A stretch of 64,000 nucleotides of DNA from an uncultured Clostridia bacterium (GTDB taxonomy: Bacteria > Bacillota > Clostridia > Lachnospirales > Lachnospiraceae): contig CAMOUW010000002.1 in NCBI GenBank assembly GCA_946626755.1, forward strand, positions 3,617 through 67,616, written 5' to 3'. This document shows positions 1 through 10,231 of the stretch, one piece after another (position 1 is the stretch's first letter; each line of letters starts with the position of its first letter). The notes beneath the pieces were generated by a model. It made no database searches, was not told the origin of the DNA, and saw nothing but the letters and a program-made list of their open reading frames with translations. A program made the translations under genes and the position numbers.

Positions 1-1
1 T

Positions 2-505
2 TTCGAAGAGAAATATCCTATTCTGGCAGAGTGGCTAAAAAAGCATAAAGGTCTTTATGTGGGGTTTAAGCTGCTTTATTACGGTCTGCCTGTTCTTATG
101 GTACTTATATATGTACTGTATGTGATACACAGATTCAGAGCATATGGAAAAAGGACACTTTTGAGAACAGTGGCAGTACCGGGAGCGGCTTTTGCATTCG
201 TATCTGTTTTCAGAAGGTTTTACAATAAGGAAAGGCCTTATGAAAGATTTGATTATGAACCGCTTATAGACAGAAAAAAAGCGGGTAAATCCATGCCGAG
301 CCGGCATGCTTTTTCCGCAGGCATAATTTCGGCGACCATAGCGGCTGATTACCCCATACTGGCTCCGTTTCTCTGGATACTGACCGGACTTATAGCGCTG
401 ACAAGACTGGTGGCAGGAGTTCATCATATAAAGGATCTTATAGCGGGGCTTATTTTGGCAGTAGCTACGCATATAGCGCTTAAATTACCAATAGGAAAAA
501 GATGA
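2..505 (+). CDS. PAP2-family membrane phosphatase (undecaprenyl-diphosphatase-like); N-terminus probably upstream of window
   Basis: PAP2 motifs are present: NKERPY, MPSRHAFSAG and TRLVAGVHHIKD. The frame is open from base 2, and the listed GTG at 59 may be internal. Confidence 0.75.
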   Translation, partial: FEEKYPILAEWLKKHKGLYVGFKLLYYGLPVLMVLIYVLYVIHRFRAYGKRTLLRTVAVPGAAFAFVSVFRRFYNKERPYERFDYEPLIDRKKAGKSMPSRHAFSAGIISATIAADYPILAPFLWILTGLIALTRLVAGVHHIKDLIAGLILAVATHIALKLPIGKR

Positions 506-567
506 TGGGGAAACAGCGTCATATTTGATAAAAACCATAAATCATATGTTGTGGGAGGTGACATTGT

Positions 568-1701
568 TTGGAAAAAAAAGACAGGAAAATGCGCTTGGGA
601 GAAAAAGGTCCCTTCATTTTTGCTGCCGCCGGTATGTTTCCCATCATTTTGAGTAATATAAAGTTCTCCTGGGCGATTTGGAGAGTGACCAGGATCAACC
701 TGCTGGCAGTACTAATAGTACTGTCAGCTTTCAGCGTTTTTTTTCAGATATACTCCTTTTTTAAAAAAAGTTACGGGCCTATGTACAAATATGGCATATG
801 GATTTCGGGCGTGTATCTTGGATTTCTGTTCTTTTTTGTGCCCCTGCATGCAGCAATAAGTGTTTTCGGGGCTATAACGGGTATCAACAAGATGAGTCTG
901 GTCATATCCTGGATTTTAGTTGTGGCGGCTTTATTTTGTGTGGCGGTTACGGTGTACGGTGTGATCCACGCACATAATATAAAGGTGGTCCGGTATGCGC
1001 TTGACACAGTTGGAAGCAAAACGTGCAGGATAGTCCAGCTTTCAGATCTCCACATGGGAAGTATTATAGGTCATAAGTATATAGAAAAGGTTGTTTCTGC
1101 AGTAAACAGGTTAAAGCCGGATGTGGTGATAATCACCGGGGATCTTTTTAATCTGGGAGTTGTGGCAGAATGCCGGGATATTGACCGTATAACTGCTTGT
1201 TTGCAAAAGCTCAGAAGTACTTACGGAGTATATGCCATACTTGGTAATCATGATCCTGCACCGGACGATAAAGATTTTAAAAGATTTGTAAGTGATACCG
1301 GTATGGTTTTTATAGACAATGCTATGCTGGAATTTGATGACTTTTATCTTTTGGGCAGAACCGGACTTCTTGATCCGGCTTATGACAGGAAAAATCTTAG
1401 CCGACTTATGGAAATGTGTTTCGACCGGGGTAAAAAAAGAATTGTTCTGGATCATGATCCCAGAGGTATAAATGACGCTGTAAGAAAGGGTGCTGATGTT
1501 GTGTTTTCCGGACATACTCACGCAGGGCAGTTGTTTCCACACACGTTATTTACAAGGTTGGTAGACGGAAAAAAATATTATCATGGTTATGACAGGTTTG
1601 GAGAGTCACACAGTATTATCTCCGCCGGTACGGGATTTTTTCAGGTGCCTATACGCGTAGGCAGCGACAGTGAAATAGTGTGTGCAGATATTAAAATGTG
1701 A
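568..1701 (+). CDS. Membrane-anchored metallophosphoesterase (YkuE/calcineurin-like)
   Basis: Has N-terminal TM helices followed by LSDLHMG, ITGDLF, GNHD and GHTHAGQ motifs. It is a paralogue of 49304-50407. Confidence 0.85.
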   Translation: MEKKDRKMRLGEKGPFIFAAAGMFPIILSNIKFSWAIWRVTRINLLAVLIVLSAFSVFFQIYSFFKKSYGPMYKYGIWISGVYLGFLFFFVPLHAAISVFGAITGINKMSLVISWILVVAALFCVAVTVYGVIHAHNIKVVRYALDTVGSKTCRIVQLSDLHMGSIIGHKYIEKVVSAVNRLKPDVVIITGDLFNLGVVAECRDIDRITACLQKLRSTYGVYAILGNHDPAPDDKDFKRFVSDTGMVFIDNAMLEFDDFYLLGRTGLLDPAYDRKNLSRLMEMCFDRGKKRIVLDHDPRGINDAVRKGADVVFSGHTHAGQLFPHTLFTRLVDGKKYYHGYDRFGESHSIISAGTGFFQVPIRVGSDSEIVCADIKM

Positions 1702-1793
1702 TGCAATAAAATCAAATGGTTCTGCGTTATACTTATGGAGGAAGTATAACGCGGAACCGTTTTTTGTTGAAAAGTAAGGGTGGGATTGTTGCT

Positions 1794-3284
1794 ATGGAAA
1801 ATGACGAAATAGAAAAGAAAATACAAAAAGCATATCATCAGATAACTCCGGATGCCCTGGAAGGCATTATGCGTGAATTGGAAAGTGACGGGAAAGAATC
1901 AAATGTTTACAAAAAAAGAACAAAAAGAAAATTTGGAGTGATGAAGATTCTTTCGGTTGCGGCTGCAGCAGCAGTGGCTGTTATAGGAGTATCTGTCGGA
2001 GCGACTCATTTTAACGGGACGTCTGTAGTTGCATCTACCGTTTCCATAGATGTAAATCCGGCATTAGAGATAAAGGTAAATAAGGATCAAAAAGTTTTGT
2101 CGGTAATACCTAAAAATGATGATGCAAAAGAAATAATCGGAAACATGGATTTTAGCAACACGGATGTGCGCGTTGTAGTGAATGCTATTTTAGGATCTAT
2201 GATCACTAAAGGCTATATAAGTGAGCTTGCTAATTCTATCCTTGTTAGTGTGGATGACGCTGATCCGGAAACGGCAAAGGTACTGCAGGACAAATTGATG
2301 GAAGATATAAATAAGACCATCAGTGGGGGTTCTTTTGACGGCGCTGTCTTGGGGCAGGTTATTACCAATGATGAAGAAATGGATACGGTAGCGGCAGAAT
2401 ACGGGATTACTGCAAGTAAAGCCCAGCTTATAAAGCAGATTACCGATCAGAATCCTACATTAAAATTTGATGACCTGGTTTCGCTTTCCATAAATGATCT
2501 GAATCTTTTGAAGAAGGATACAAAAGGGATAAGCTCTATAGGTGTGGCCAGTGAGGCAGCATATATCGGTTCGGAAGAAGCAGTCAGGATAGCACTGGTA
2601 AATGCAAATATAGACAAAGTCGATACAGAGTTCTTAAAAGTAGATTTCGATTATGAAAACGGGGTGATATGTTACGATGTAAGTTTTCATAAAAATGAAG
2701 AAGATCTGAATTATGATTACGATTACAATATTGACGCCTTGACAGGGGAAATGATCAGTTTTGAGAAGGAACTGGACAATCCTGAAGTTCTCGTTGTCAG
2801 TGAAAATATGCAGCTAAAGAAAACAGAAGAGGAAGCCAGAGCAGAAGCGTTTAAATTTGCCGGCAAAAACGAAGCTGACATTTTTGCGTATGAAATTGAG
2901 GTTGATGAAAAAAAGGTGCCTCATTATGATGTGGAGTTCAAATCTGAAGGTATGGAATACAACTACTCCGTTGGTTTATACCATGATGTCCTGTTTAAGA
3001 TGAAATGGGAAAAAGAAGAGGGTGGTCTGACGGATAAAATGTACGAACCTAGTGAGGAAGAAAAACTCAAGTTTATAGGAGAGGAAAAGGCCAAACAGAT
3101 AGCCATGCAGAAGGCAGGGGTTCTTGAAGGAGAGCTTTACGGCCTGGAGGTGGAGATAGAAAAAGACAGAAAAGGAATAGTATACGAAGTAGAGTTCAAG
3201 TCCGGAATCTATAGCTATAGTTACGATGTAGACAGTGTAACAGGCGAGATTGTGGACTATGAGATTGACTACTCAAATAAATAA
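1794..3284 (+). CDS. Single-pass membrane protein with repeated PepSY domains (anti-sigma-like N-terminal region)
   Basis: Has one TM helix (ILSVAAAAAVAVIGVSV). Repeated PepSY-type segments end in YDVSF, YDVEF and YEVEF...D..TGEI. The ATG at 1794 is preferred over the upstream ORF start. Confidence 0.6.
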   Translation: MENDEIEKKIQKAYHQITPDALEGIMRELESDGKESNVYKKRTKRKFGVMKILSVAAAAAVAVIGVSVGATHFNGTSVVASTVSIDVNPALEIKVNKDQKVLSVIPKNDDAKEIIGNMDFSNTDVRVVVNAILGSMITKGYISELANSILVSVDDADPETAKVLQDKLMEDINKTISGGSFDGAVLGQVITNDEEMDTVAAEYGITASKAQLIKQITDQNPTLKFDDLVSLSINDLNLLKKDTKGISSIGVASEAAYIGSEEAVRIALVNANIDKVDTEFLKVDFDYENGVICYDVSFHKNEEDLNYDYDYNIDALTGEMISFEKELDNPEVLVVSENMQLKKTEEEARAEAFKFAGKNEADIFAYEIEVDEKKVPHYDVEFKSEGMEYNYSVGLYHDVLFKMKWEKEEGGLTDKMYEPSEEEKLKFIGEEKAKQIAMQKAGVLEGELYGLEVEIEKDRKGIVYEVEFKSGIYSYSYDVDSVTGEIVDYEIDYSNK

Positions 3285-3339
3285 TTTACTTGACAAATCC
3301 TGTTCCGCTATATAGACTGATATTTACTTTAACAGTTAT

Positions 3340-3460
3340 TTTAATAGTCTTCGGGGCAGGGTGTGATTCCCTACCGGCGGTATAGCCCGCAAGCGCTGTG
3401 TGCGCATGATTTGGTGAGATTCCAAAGCCGACAGTATAGTCTGGATGAGAGAAGGATTGG
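3340..3460 (+). promoter_or_regulatory. FMN riboswitch (RFN element)
   Basis: Conserved RFN core: tcttcggggcagggtgtgattccctaccggcggtatagcccgc...gatttggtgagattccaaagccgacagtatagtctggatgagagaagga. It lies directly upstream of ribD. Confidence 0.93.
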
Positions 3461-3470
3461 TTTTTAGATA

Positions 3471-3509
3471 TAAGCCCCGTGGCATTCCGCCCCGGGGTTT
3501 GTTTTTTTG
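3471..3509 (+). terminator. Riboswitch expression-platform terminator
   Basis: GC hairpin (ccccg...cgggg) followed by tttgttttttt, located between the RFN aptamer and ribD. Confidence 0.7.
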
Positions 3510-3608
3510 AATTACATCATTTAGTTGTATATTATTTTCTGCACTGTTACATAGATACCTGAAAAAATGAGCTAAATGTATTCATATATTTTAGAAAGGA
3601 GGTATAAG

Positions 3609-4772
3609 ATGGATGATGTGAAGTTTATGGCAAGGGCTATAGAACTGGCAAAAAAAGGTGTCGGTGCGGTGGATCCCAATCCTTTGGTAGGTGCTGTGAT
3701 AGTAAAAGACGGACGGATCATAGGAGAGGGGTATCATGAGCGCATAGGAGGATTTCATGCCGAAAGAAATGCCCTGTCGTCTCTTAAAGAGGATGCATCG
3801 GGTGCGGTTATGTATGTGACGCTCGAACCCTGCTGTCATTATGGGAAGACGCCGCCATGTACTCAGGCCATTATAGAAAATAAAATTTCAAAGGTAGTTA
3901 TAGGGTCAAGAGACCCTAATCCGAAAGTACATGGTAAGGGCGTGGGTATATTGAGAGATGCCGGGATAGAGGTTGTGGAGGATTTTCTTAAAGAAGAGTG
4001 CGACGCTTTAAATGAGCGTTTCTTTCATTATATTTCCACAGGTACTCCTTATGTGGCTATGAAATATGCAATGACTGCGGATGGCAAGATTGCAACTAAA
4101 ACGGGAGCGTCAAAATGGATATCCGGAGAGGGATCCCGGGCGCGGGTGGCTGAACTCAGGAATGACTTTCCGGCTATAATGGCGGGAATAGGGACGGTTA
4201 TTTCTGATAATCCCAGGCTCACCAGCAGAATTGATGGCGGACGCGATCCTGTGCGTATTATATGCGACAGTGATGCCCGTATCACGATGGATAGTTATGT
4301 AGTAAACACGGCAAAGGATATACCTACTTATGTGGCTGTTGCCGTGCCGGAGATGGAAGAAGGCGTGGTTACAGACGTGATCAAAGATTCACATCCGTCA
4401 ATTCCGGACAAAATTCAAAGTCTGCTGGAAAAAGGTGTGAAAATTATAAATGTGCCTGATAGTCATTCGCCGGAGATCGTGGGAAAGAGACGTGTGGATC
4501 TTAGGAAACTCATGAATTATCTGGGGGAACAGGAGATTTCCGGTGTGCTGCTTGAGGGAGGTGCTATATTGAATTACAGCGCTCTGAAAGCAGGAATAGT
4601 ACATGAGATATATTCTTTTGCGGCACCGAAAATTTTCGGTGGAAAAGGAAGAAGTCCTGTAGAGGGTGAAGGAGTAGAACTTCCGTACCAGGCCTTTGAG
4701 TTGGAGTTAAAAAGTACTGAAATAATAGATGGTGATGTGCTTTTAAGGTATAAAGTAATTAACGGGAAATAA
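3609..4772 (+). CDS. ribD: Bifunctional riboflavin biosynthesis deaminase/reductase
   Basis: Has the CMP/dCMP deaminase zinc motifs (HAERNAL, PCCHYGKTPPC) plus a C-terminal RibD reductase domain. A GGAGG site lies 6 nt before the ATG at 3609. Confidence 0.93.
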   Translation: MDDVKFMARAIELAKKGVGAVDPNPLVGAVIVKDGRIIGEGYHERIGGFHAERNALSSLKEDASGAVMYVTLEPCCHYGKTPPCTQAIIENKISKVVIGSRDPNPKVHGKGVGILRDAGIEVVEDFLKEECDALNERFFHYISTGTPYVAMKYAMTADGKIATKTGASKWISGEGSRARVAELRNDFPAIMAGIGTVISDNPRLTSRIDGGRDPVRIICDSDARITMDSYVVNTAKDIPTYVAVAVPEMEEGVVTDVIKDSHPSIPDKIQSLLEKGVKIINVPDSHSPEIVGKRRVDLRKLMNYLGEQEISGVLLEGGAILNYSALKAGIVHEIYSFAAPKIFGGKGRSPVEGEGVELPYQAFELELKSTEIIDGDVLLRYKVINGK

Positions 4773-4804
4773 TAAGACTTATATAAATTTTGGAGGCTTA
4801 AGAT

Positions 4805-5461
4805 TTGTTTACTGGGATTGTGGAAGAAATAGGTAAAATATCTTCCTTTGACGTAAGGGGGCATTCCGGGAGTGTCACCATAAAGGCGGATAAGGTTTTG
4901 GAGGGCACACGTATTGGTGACAGTATAGCTGTAAATGGTATTTGTCTTACTGTTACAAAGATGGGAGACGGTTTTTTTACGGCAGACGTAATGGCTGAGA
5001 CGGTGAGAAGGAGTTCTTTGGCCCGCTGCGTTGCGGGAGCTTCTGTGAATCTTGAGAGAGCCATGGCGGCTGACGGAAGATTTGGAGGACATATTGTTTC
5101 CGGTCATATAGATGGCACCGGAACCATAAAAGAACTTAAAAGAGAGGAAAATGCGGTATGGATCACAGTGAGTGCGGATAAAGGGTTGCTTAGATACATT
5201 ATCGAAAAGGGTTCTGTGGCTATAGACGGAGTAAGCCTTACGGTTGCATATGTGGATGACGTTTGTTTTAAGGTTTCGCTTATTCCACATACCGGAGAGG
5301 AGACGATCTTGCTTTCAAAACGGAAAGGGGATCCTGTTAATCTTGAAACGGACATAGTCGGGAAATATATAGAAAAGCTGTTGTTTTCTAAAGGAGAAGA
5401 CAAAGAAGCAGGCAGGCAAACGGGAGTAACTATGGAAATGCTTGAAAGGTATGGCTTTTGA
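4805..5461 (+). CDS. ribE: Riboflavin synthase alpha chain
   Basis: Begins MFTGIVEEIG and shows the duplicated lumazine-binding repeat. Start codon is TTG, preceded by GGAGG. Confidence 0.92.
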   Translation: MFTGIVEEIGKISSFDVRGHSGSVTIKADKVLEGTRIGDSIAVNGICLTVTKMGDGFFTADVMAETVRRSSLARCVAGASVNLERAMAADGRFGGHIVSGHIDGTGTIKELKREENAVWITVSADKGLLRYIIEKGSVAIDGVSLTVAYVDDVCFKVSLIPHTGEETILLSKRKGDPVNLETDIVGKYIEKLLFSKGEDKEAGRQTGVTMEMLERYGF

Positions 5462-5566
5462 GGTGTGACGTAGTTTTCTTCAAAACAATATACGGTAAAA
5501 GCTAAATATTAAAAAATCGTGGAGAATACTTGTATTTAATGCATATTTGAAAAATAAGAAAAAGAG

Positions 5567-6808
5567 GTGAGTCTATTGGGTAAGGAAGAATATGAATATG
5601 ACAGTATAGAAAAGGCTTTGGAGGATCTGAAAGCGGGTAAGATCATTCTTGTGACTGATGATCCCGACAGGGAAAACGAAGGGGATATGATCTGTGCTGC
5701 TGAGTTTGCAACACAGGAAAATATCAATTTTATGGCTACTTATGCCAAAGGGCTTATATGTACTCCTATGAGTGAGGAGGTTGCAAACAGATTGGGGCTT
5801 CCTCCGATGGTGTCGGAAAATACGGACAATCATCAGACCGCATTTACGGTTTCGGTGGATCATGTGAATACCACCACAGGTATTTCTGCGGCTGAGCGTT
5901 CATTTACAATGATGGCGTGTGCCAAAGATAGTACAAAACCGACTGATTTGAGACGCCCCGGACATGTTTTTCCTCTGGTGGCAAGACACGGGGGAGTTTT
6001 GGCCAGAAACGGTCATACTGAAGCTACAGTAGATCTTCTGAGGCTTGCCGGGCTTTCCCGGTGCGGTGTGTGCTGTGAGATCATGGATGAAGACGGAACA
6101 ATGATGCGCACGCCCGGGCTTTGGGAACTGGCCAAAAAACATGGTCTCACATTTATAACAATAAAACAGCTGCAGGAATACTGCCGTATACATGAAAAGC
6201 ACGTAATTAGGGAGGCACAGGCTGCTCTTCCTACAAAATACGGGGAGTTTAAGATGTTTGGTTATATTAACGACATTACGCTGGAACATCATGTTGCACT
6301 TGTGAAAGGTGATATAGGAGATGGAGATGGAGTGCTTTGCAGAGTACACTCTGAATGTCTTACAGGAGATACCTTCGGATCCCTAAGATGTGATTGCGGA
6401 GAACAGCTCGCAAGATCCATGGAGGCTGTGGAAAAAGAGGGGCGCGGTATTATTCTGTATATGAGGCAGGAAGGCAGAGGCATAGGTCTGATAAATAAGA
6501 TCAAGGCTTATGCTCTTCAGGAACAGGGGCTGGATACTGTGGAGGCTAATATAAAACTGGGATTTGCTCCGGATATGAGAGAATACTGGGTAGGTGCCCA
6601 GATATTAAAGGATTTGGGAGTAAAATCTTTGCGGCTGTTGACTAACAATCCGGATAAGGTGTATGCTCTGTCTGATTTCGGTCTTGAAGTAAAGGAAAGA
6701 GTACCTATAGAGATAAAGCCTCAGAAATACGACTTGAAATATCTCAAAACCAAAAAGACGAAAATGGGACACATATTGAATGAAATCATGGCAGACCGGT
6801 CAGAGTGA
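5567..6808 (+). CDS. ribBA: Bifunctional 3,4-dihydroxy-2-butanone-4-phosphate synthase / GTP cyclohydrolase II
   Basis: DHBP synthase motifs (DRENEGD, HTEA) and GCHII motifs ([14 protein letters not shown]) are present. The start may be TTG at 5576 rather than GTG at 5567. Confidence 0.93.
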   Translation: MSLLGKEEYEYDSIEKALEDLKAGKIILVTDDPDRENEGDMICAAEFATQENINFMATYAKGLICTPMSEEVANRLGLPPMVSENTDNHQTAFTVSVDHVNTTTGISAAERSFTMMACAKDSTKPTDLRRPGHVFPLVARHGGVLARNGHTEATVDLLRLAGLSRCGVCCEIMDEDGTMMRTPGLWELAKKHGLTFITIKQLQEYCRIHEKHVIREAQAALPTKYGEFKMFGYINDITLEHHVALVKGDIGDGDGVLCRVHSECLTGDTFGSLRCDCGEQLARSMEAVEKEGRGIILYMRQEGRGIGLINKIKAYALQEQGLDTVEANIKLGFAPDMREYWVGAQILKDLGVKSLRLLTNNPDKVYALSDFGLEVKERVPIEIKPQKYDLKYLKTKKTKMGHILNEIMADRSE

Positions 6809-6857
6809 ATTACAGTTTAAATATAGAATCAAATAATTTTTATAAAGGAGAATAATT

Positions 6858-7331
6858 ATGACAAATATAACAACGATCGAAGGAAAACTTGTGGCACCTA
6901 AAGGAATGAAGGTGGGGATCGTGGCTTCACGTTTTAATGAGTTTATAACCAATAAGCTTTTGGGAGGTGCACTGGACGGTCTTGTAAGACACGGTGTGGA
7001 TGAAAAGAATATAACCGTAGCCTGGCTGCCCGGAGCATTTGAGATACCTGTTGCGGCTAAAAAGATGGCAGAGTCGGGAAAATATGATGCTGTGATATGT
7101 CTCGGAGCTGTTATACGAGGTGCCACAACCCATTATGATTATGTGTGCAACGAGGTGTCCAAGGGGATAGCACACATTTCCATGGAAACAGGAGTGCCGG
7201 CACTTTTTGGTGTTCTTACTACAGAAAACATTGAACAGGCCATAGAGAGAGCCGGAAGTAAAGGCGGAAACAAAGGATATGATTGTGCATTGTCCGCTAT
7301 AGAGATGGCGAATCTTTTGGCACAGATTTAA
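6858..7331 (+). CDS. ribH: 6,7-dimethyl-8-ribityllumazine synthase
   Basis: Typical RibH sequence ([33 protein letters not shown]). Strong RBS. Confidence 0.93.
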   Translation: MTNITTIEGKLVAPKGMKVGIVASRFNEFITNKLLGGALDGLVRHGVDEKNITVAWLPGAFEIPVAAKKMAESGKYDAVICLGAVIRGATTHYDYVCNEVSKGIAHISMETGVPALFGVLTTENIEQAIERAGSKGGNKGYDCALSAIEMANLLAQI

Positions 7332-7684
7332 AATGGGTTTATGATCTTTCTGACATTTTTTAATATGCATTTAGGACAGGATGTTTAATAATGACGTGAT
7401 CTCAATGCATACTAGAGAATATCGGAAAGATCTTTTTTTGTGCTGTTATAATTTTCATTCTTTTGATATTTATAATATTAAACATTATGTTCATAAAAGC
7501 CGAAAAAGTCGGATTATAGGGGTTCCGTATCCCCCCAGGGGGGTTGTAAAAGGGGATTGTGAGAATATAATAAAAAAAAGATGATTCTGTACATTTTTTT
7601 ATTTTTTGTTTGTTTTTTAATGTAGGTACAGAAAGATTTATGCACGTTTTGATTTTATAATTCTTATATTTAGGAGATCGTGTT

Positions 7685-8629
7685 TTGAAGAGTTACATTG
7701 TAAAAAGATTATTACAGCTTATACCGATCATAATAGGCATCACTCTTTTATCATTTGCCATGATGCGTCTTGCGGGAAGTGATGCCGTGAATGAGATGTA
7801 TGCAAAGCAGGGGGCTATAGTTTCTGAAGAGGTTATACAAAAAGCTAGAGCTGAGCTGGGTCTGGATAAACCGTTTATAGTCCAGTATTTTATATGGTTG
7901 GGTAATCTGTTCAGAGGAGACATGGGAGTAAGTTATATTTCAGGAAAGAATGTATTTTCAACATTTGTTTCCAAACTTCCGGCGACCCTTCTCCTGACGC
8001 TTATGTCTATCATACTGACAGTTGCGGTTTCTCTGCCTTTGGGCATACTTGCAGCTGTTAAGCAGAATAAGGTTACTGATTATATTATAAGATTCTGTAC
8101 ATTTATCGGTAACTCAATGCCGAATTTCTTTATAGCATTGCTGCTTATGAATTTGTTGGCCATACAGTTGAAATGGCTTCCCGTTATGTCCTCCGGGACA
8201 AATTTCGTATCGGGGATTATGCCTACTCTGACGCTAGGTATTTCTATGGCTGCAAAATATACCAGGCAGGTGAGGGCTACTGTACTTGAGGAATTGGATA
8301 AGGAGTATGTAACAGGGCTAAAAGCAAAAGGAGTAAGAGGCGCGGTGATACTTTGGACAAGTGTTCTTAAGTCTTCTATGCTTACTATAGTTACACTGCT
8401 CGCACTATCCATAGGAAGTTTGCTTGGTGGTACAGCTATTGTAGAAAGTATCTTCATGTGGGATGGAGTAGGAAAACTGGCTGTGGACTGTATATCTAAC
8501 CGAGATTATCCTCTCATACAGGCATATGTGGTGTGGATGGCTATTATATATGTTGGAGTAAATCTGGTTACTGATATTTTGTATCACTACCTTGATCCCA
8601 GAGTAAGACTCGGTGGAATAAAGGATTAA
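7685..8629 (+). CDS. Peptide/nickel ABC transporter permease (OppB/DppB/NikB family)
   Basis: 314 aa with 6 TM helices, a BPD-transporter fold and the OppB-type N-terminus MKSYIVKRLLQLIP. Confidence 0.88.
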   Translation: MKSYIVKRLLQLIPIIIGITLLSFAMMRLAGSDAVNEMYAKQGAIVSEEVIQKARAELGLDKPFIVQYFIWLGNLFRGDMGVSYISGKNVFSTFVSKLPATLLLTLMSIILTVAVSLPLGILAAVKQNKVTDYIIRFCTFIGNSMPNFFIALLLMNLLAIQLKWLPVMSSGTNFVSGIMPTLTLGISMAAKYTRQVRATVLEELDKEYVTGLKAKGVRGAVILWTSVLKSSMLTIVTLLALSIGSLLGGTAIVESIFMWDGVGKLAVDCISNRDYPLIQAYVVWMAIIYVGVNLVTDILYHYLDPRVRLGGIKD

Positions 8630-8660
8630 TGATTGTAGTGTTTTTGTGAGGTTTTTAAAC

Positions 8661-10046
8661 TTGGAAGATACTAAAGAAAAGATTAAAAAAAATGTTGAAA
8701 AAACCGACAGAGAGATTTGGGATGAGCAGGTTCGGGCTTTTAAAGAAGGCATAGAGGCACAGGAGGCAGAAAGGAAAAAAGCTGCCGAAATGAAAAAAGA
8801 GGCTGCAAAGGAAGCTAGGGCAGCTGAAAAAGCTAAAAAAGCAGCCGAGAAAAAGGTGGCCGAAGAAGCCAAAGTAGCTGAAAAAGCTAAAAAAGCAGCT
8901 GAAAAAAAAGCGGCCGAGGAAGCTAAAGCAACCGAAAAGGCTAAAAAAGCAGCTGAAAAAAAAGCGGCCGAGGAAGCTAAGGCGACCGAAAAGGCTAAAA
9001 AAGCAGCTGAGAAAGAGAAAGCAGAAGAAGTTAGGGTGGCCGAAAAAGCTAAAAAAGAAACCGAGAAGATATCTAAAGAGGATAGACTCTTAAGAAGGGA
9101 AGAAAAAGATCTTAAAGCTGCAGCTTCAGTTGCTAAAGAGAATAAAGGCAGTCTTATAAAAGCGAACAGAAGAAGTGTGAAAAAAGGCAAGGACGCTGAT
9201 GGTATAACCATCAGGGTAAAGAAAATAAAAAAGAATAGGATAAAAAAGAAACTCATATTCTTTATAATCCTTGCAGCGGCATTGTTGTTTGTGTCTGTTT
9301 TTGCAAGACAGTTATGTCCTTATGATCCTTATAAGCAGGATCTGTCCCAGGCATTGCAGGCACCATCGCTTGAACATCTTTTGGGCACGGATCGTTACGG
9401 TCGTGATTTGTTCTCAAGAATCATTATGGGGAGTCAGGCAAGTATTTATTCTACGCTTCTCCTGGTGCTTATAGTTTCTGTAATAGGTACGGTGTTTGGT
9501 GTGTTTTGTGGTTGGAAAGGAGGAAAGGTAGATGCGGTTCTAATGAGGATTTCAGATATATTTCTGGCTTTTCCTGAATTGGTTTTTGCTCTTGCTGTTG
9601 CAGGTGTGCTTGGAGGGGGTATACAAAATGCGATTATTGCCATGGCAGCTGTTGCTTGGCCAAAATATGCGCGTATAGCCCGAAGTCAGACACTGGCTCA
9701 AAAGGAGACGGCCTACATGCATGCGGCAAGACTATCCGGAGATACTACATCCAAGATGATTTTCAGGCATATCCTGCCCAATATCCTGGGCCCCCTGCTT
9801 GTTACGGCCATGCTTGATATCGGTACCATGATGATGGGATTGTCAGGACTTTCATATTTGGGACTGGGTGTTATGCCGCCAACGGCAGAATGGGGCAGTA
9901 TGATGAGCGAGAGTCGGAGTATGTTGCAGATGTATCCGTGGGTTACTCTTTCTCCCGGTGTTGCGATTTTTGTATCAGTTATGATATTTAATCTTCTTGG
10001 TGATACAGTTAGAGATTATCTGGATCCTAAGCAGAGAACAAAATAG
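8661..10046 (+). CDS. Peptide/nickel ABC transporter permease (OppC/DppC/NikC family) with about 190-aa Lys/Ala/Glu-rich N-terminal extension
   Basis: The C-terminal about 270 aa form an OppC-type core (LCPYDPYKQDL, LGTDRYGRDLFSR). The same frame is open back to 8646. I prefer TTG at 8661 (MEDTKEK), which mirrors the MEDKNDE start of the ATPase at 12913. GTG at 9178 remains an alternative short start. Confidence 0.8.
   Translation: MEDTKEKIKKNVEKTDREIWDEQVRAFKEGIEAQEAERKKAAEMKKEAAKEARAAEKAKKAAEKKVAEEAKVAEKAKKAAEKKAAEEAKATEKAKKAAEKKAAEEAKATEKAKKAAEKEKAEEVRVAEKAKKETEKISKEDRLLRREEKDLKAAASVAKENKGSLIKANRRSVKKGKDADGITIRVKKIKKNRIKKKLIFFIILAAALLFVSVFARQLCPYDPYKQDLSQALQAPSLEHLLGTDRYGRDLFSRIIMGSQASIYSTLLLVLIVSVIGTVFGVFCGWKGGKVDAVLMRISDIFLAFPELVFALAVAGVLGGGIQNAIIAMAAVAWPKYARIARSQTLAQKETAYMHAARLSGDTTSKMIFRHILPNILGPLLVTAMLDIGTMMMGLSGLSYLGLGVMPPTAEWGSMMSESRSMLQMYPWVTLSPGVAIFVSVMIFNLLGDTVRDYLDPKQRTK
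8823..9066 (+). repeat. 54-bp (18-aa) tandem repeat, about 4.5 copies, encoding (E/A)EKAKKAAEKKAAEEAKAT
   Basis: The direct periodicity is visible in both DNA and protein (AEKAKKAAEKKVAEEAKV / AEKAKKAAEKKAAEEAKAT x2 / EKAKKAAEKEKAEEVRVA). Confidence 0.9.
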
Positions 10047-10061
10047 ATACTGTAATTACCG

Positions 10062-10141
10062 GCTAATAAAGTCGGTCGGGTAAGCACATTTTCATGTGTT
10101 TAGTAAAGAGCCTGCACTGTAAAGTGTGTTTACCCGGCTGA
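10062..10141 (+). other. Long imperfect intercistronic stem-loop between permease and binding-protein genes
   Basis: agtcggtcgggtaagcaca (10072-10090) pairs with tgtgtttacccggctgact (10123-10141) at about 16 of 19 positions. Confidence 0.45.
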
Positions 10142-10231
10142 CTTTGGCGGAGAGGGCGAAAAGTTCAAAGCCACGATGCCGGTTTTATTACAATCTAACA
10201 TTTTGGTTTTGTTAAGGAGGTTTTGTTAATT

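Noticed and set aside
4574-5290. 238-aa minus-strand ORF
   Set aside because: It is antisense to the clearly recognisable ribD and ribE, and shows no family resemblance.
7381-7584. 67-aa ORF between ribH and the ABC operon
   Set aside because: It has no RBS, lies in an AT-rich region with hairpins and a C6/G6 palindrome, and its composition is atypical.
8405-9256. 283-aa minus-strand ORF (Ser/Phe/Ala-rich: FSAAFLAFS repeats)
   Set aside because: It is the antisense reading of the KAAEK-encoding tandem repeat. Low-complexity sequence keeps the frame open by chance. It overlaps two well-supported plus-strand permease genes.
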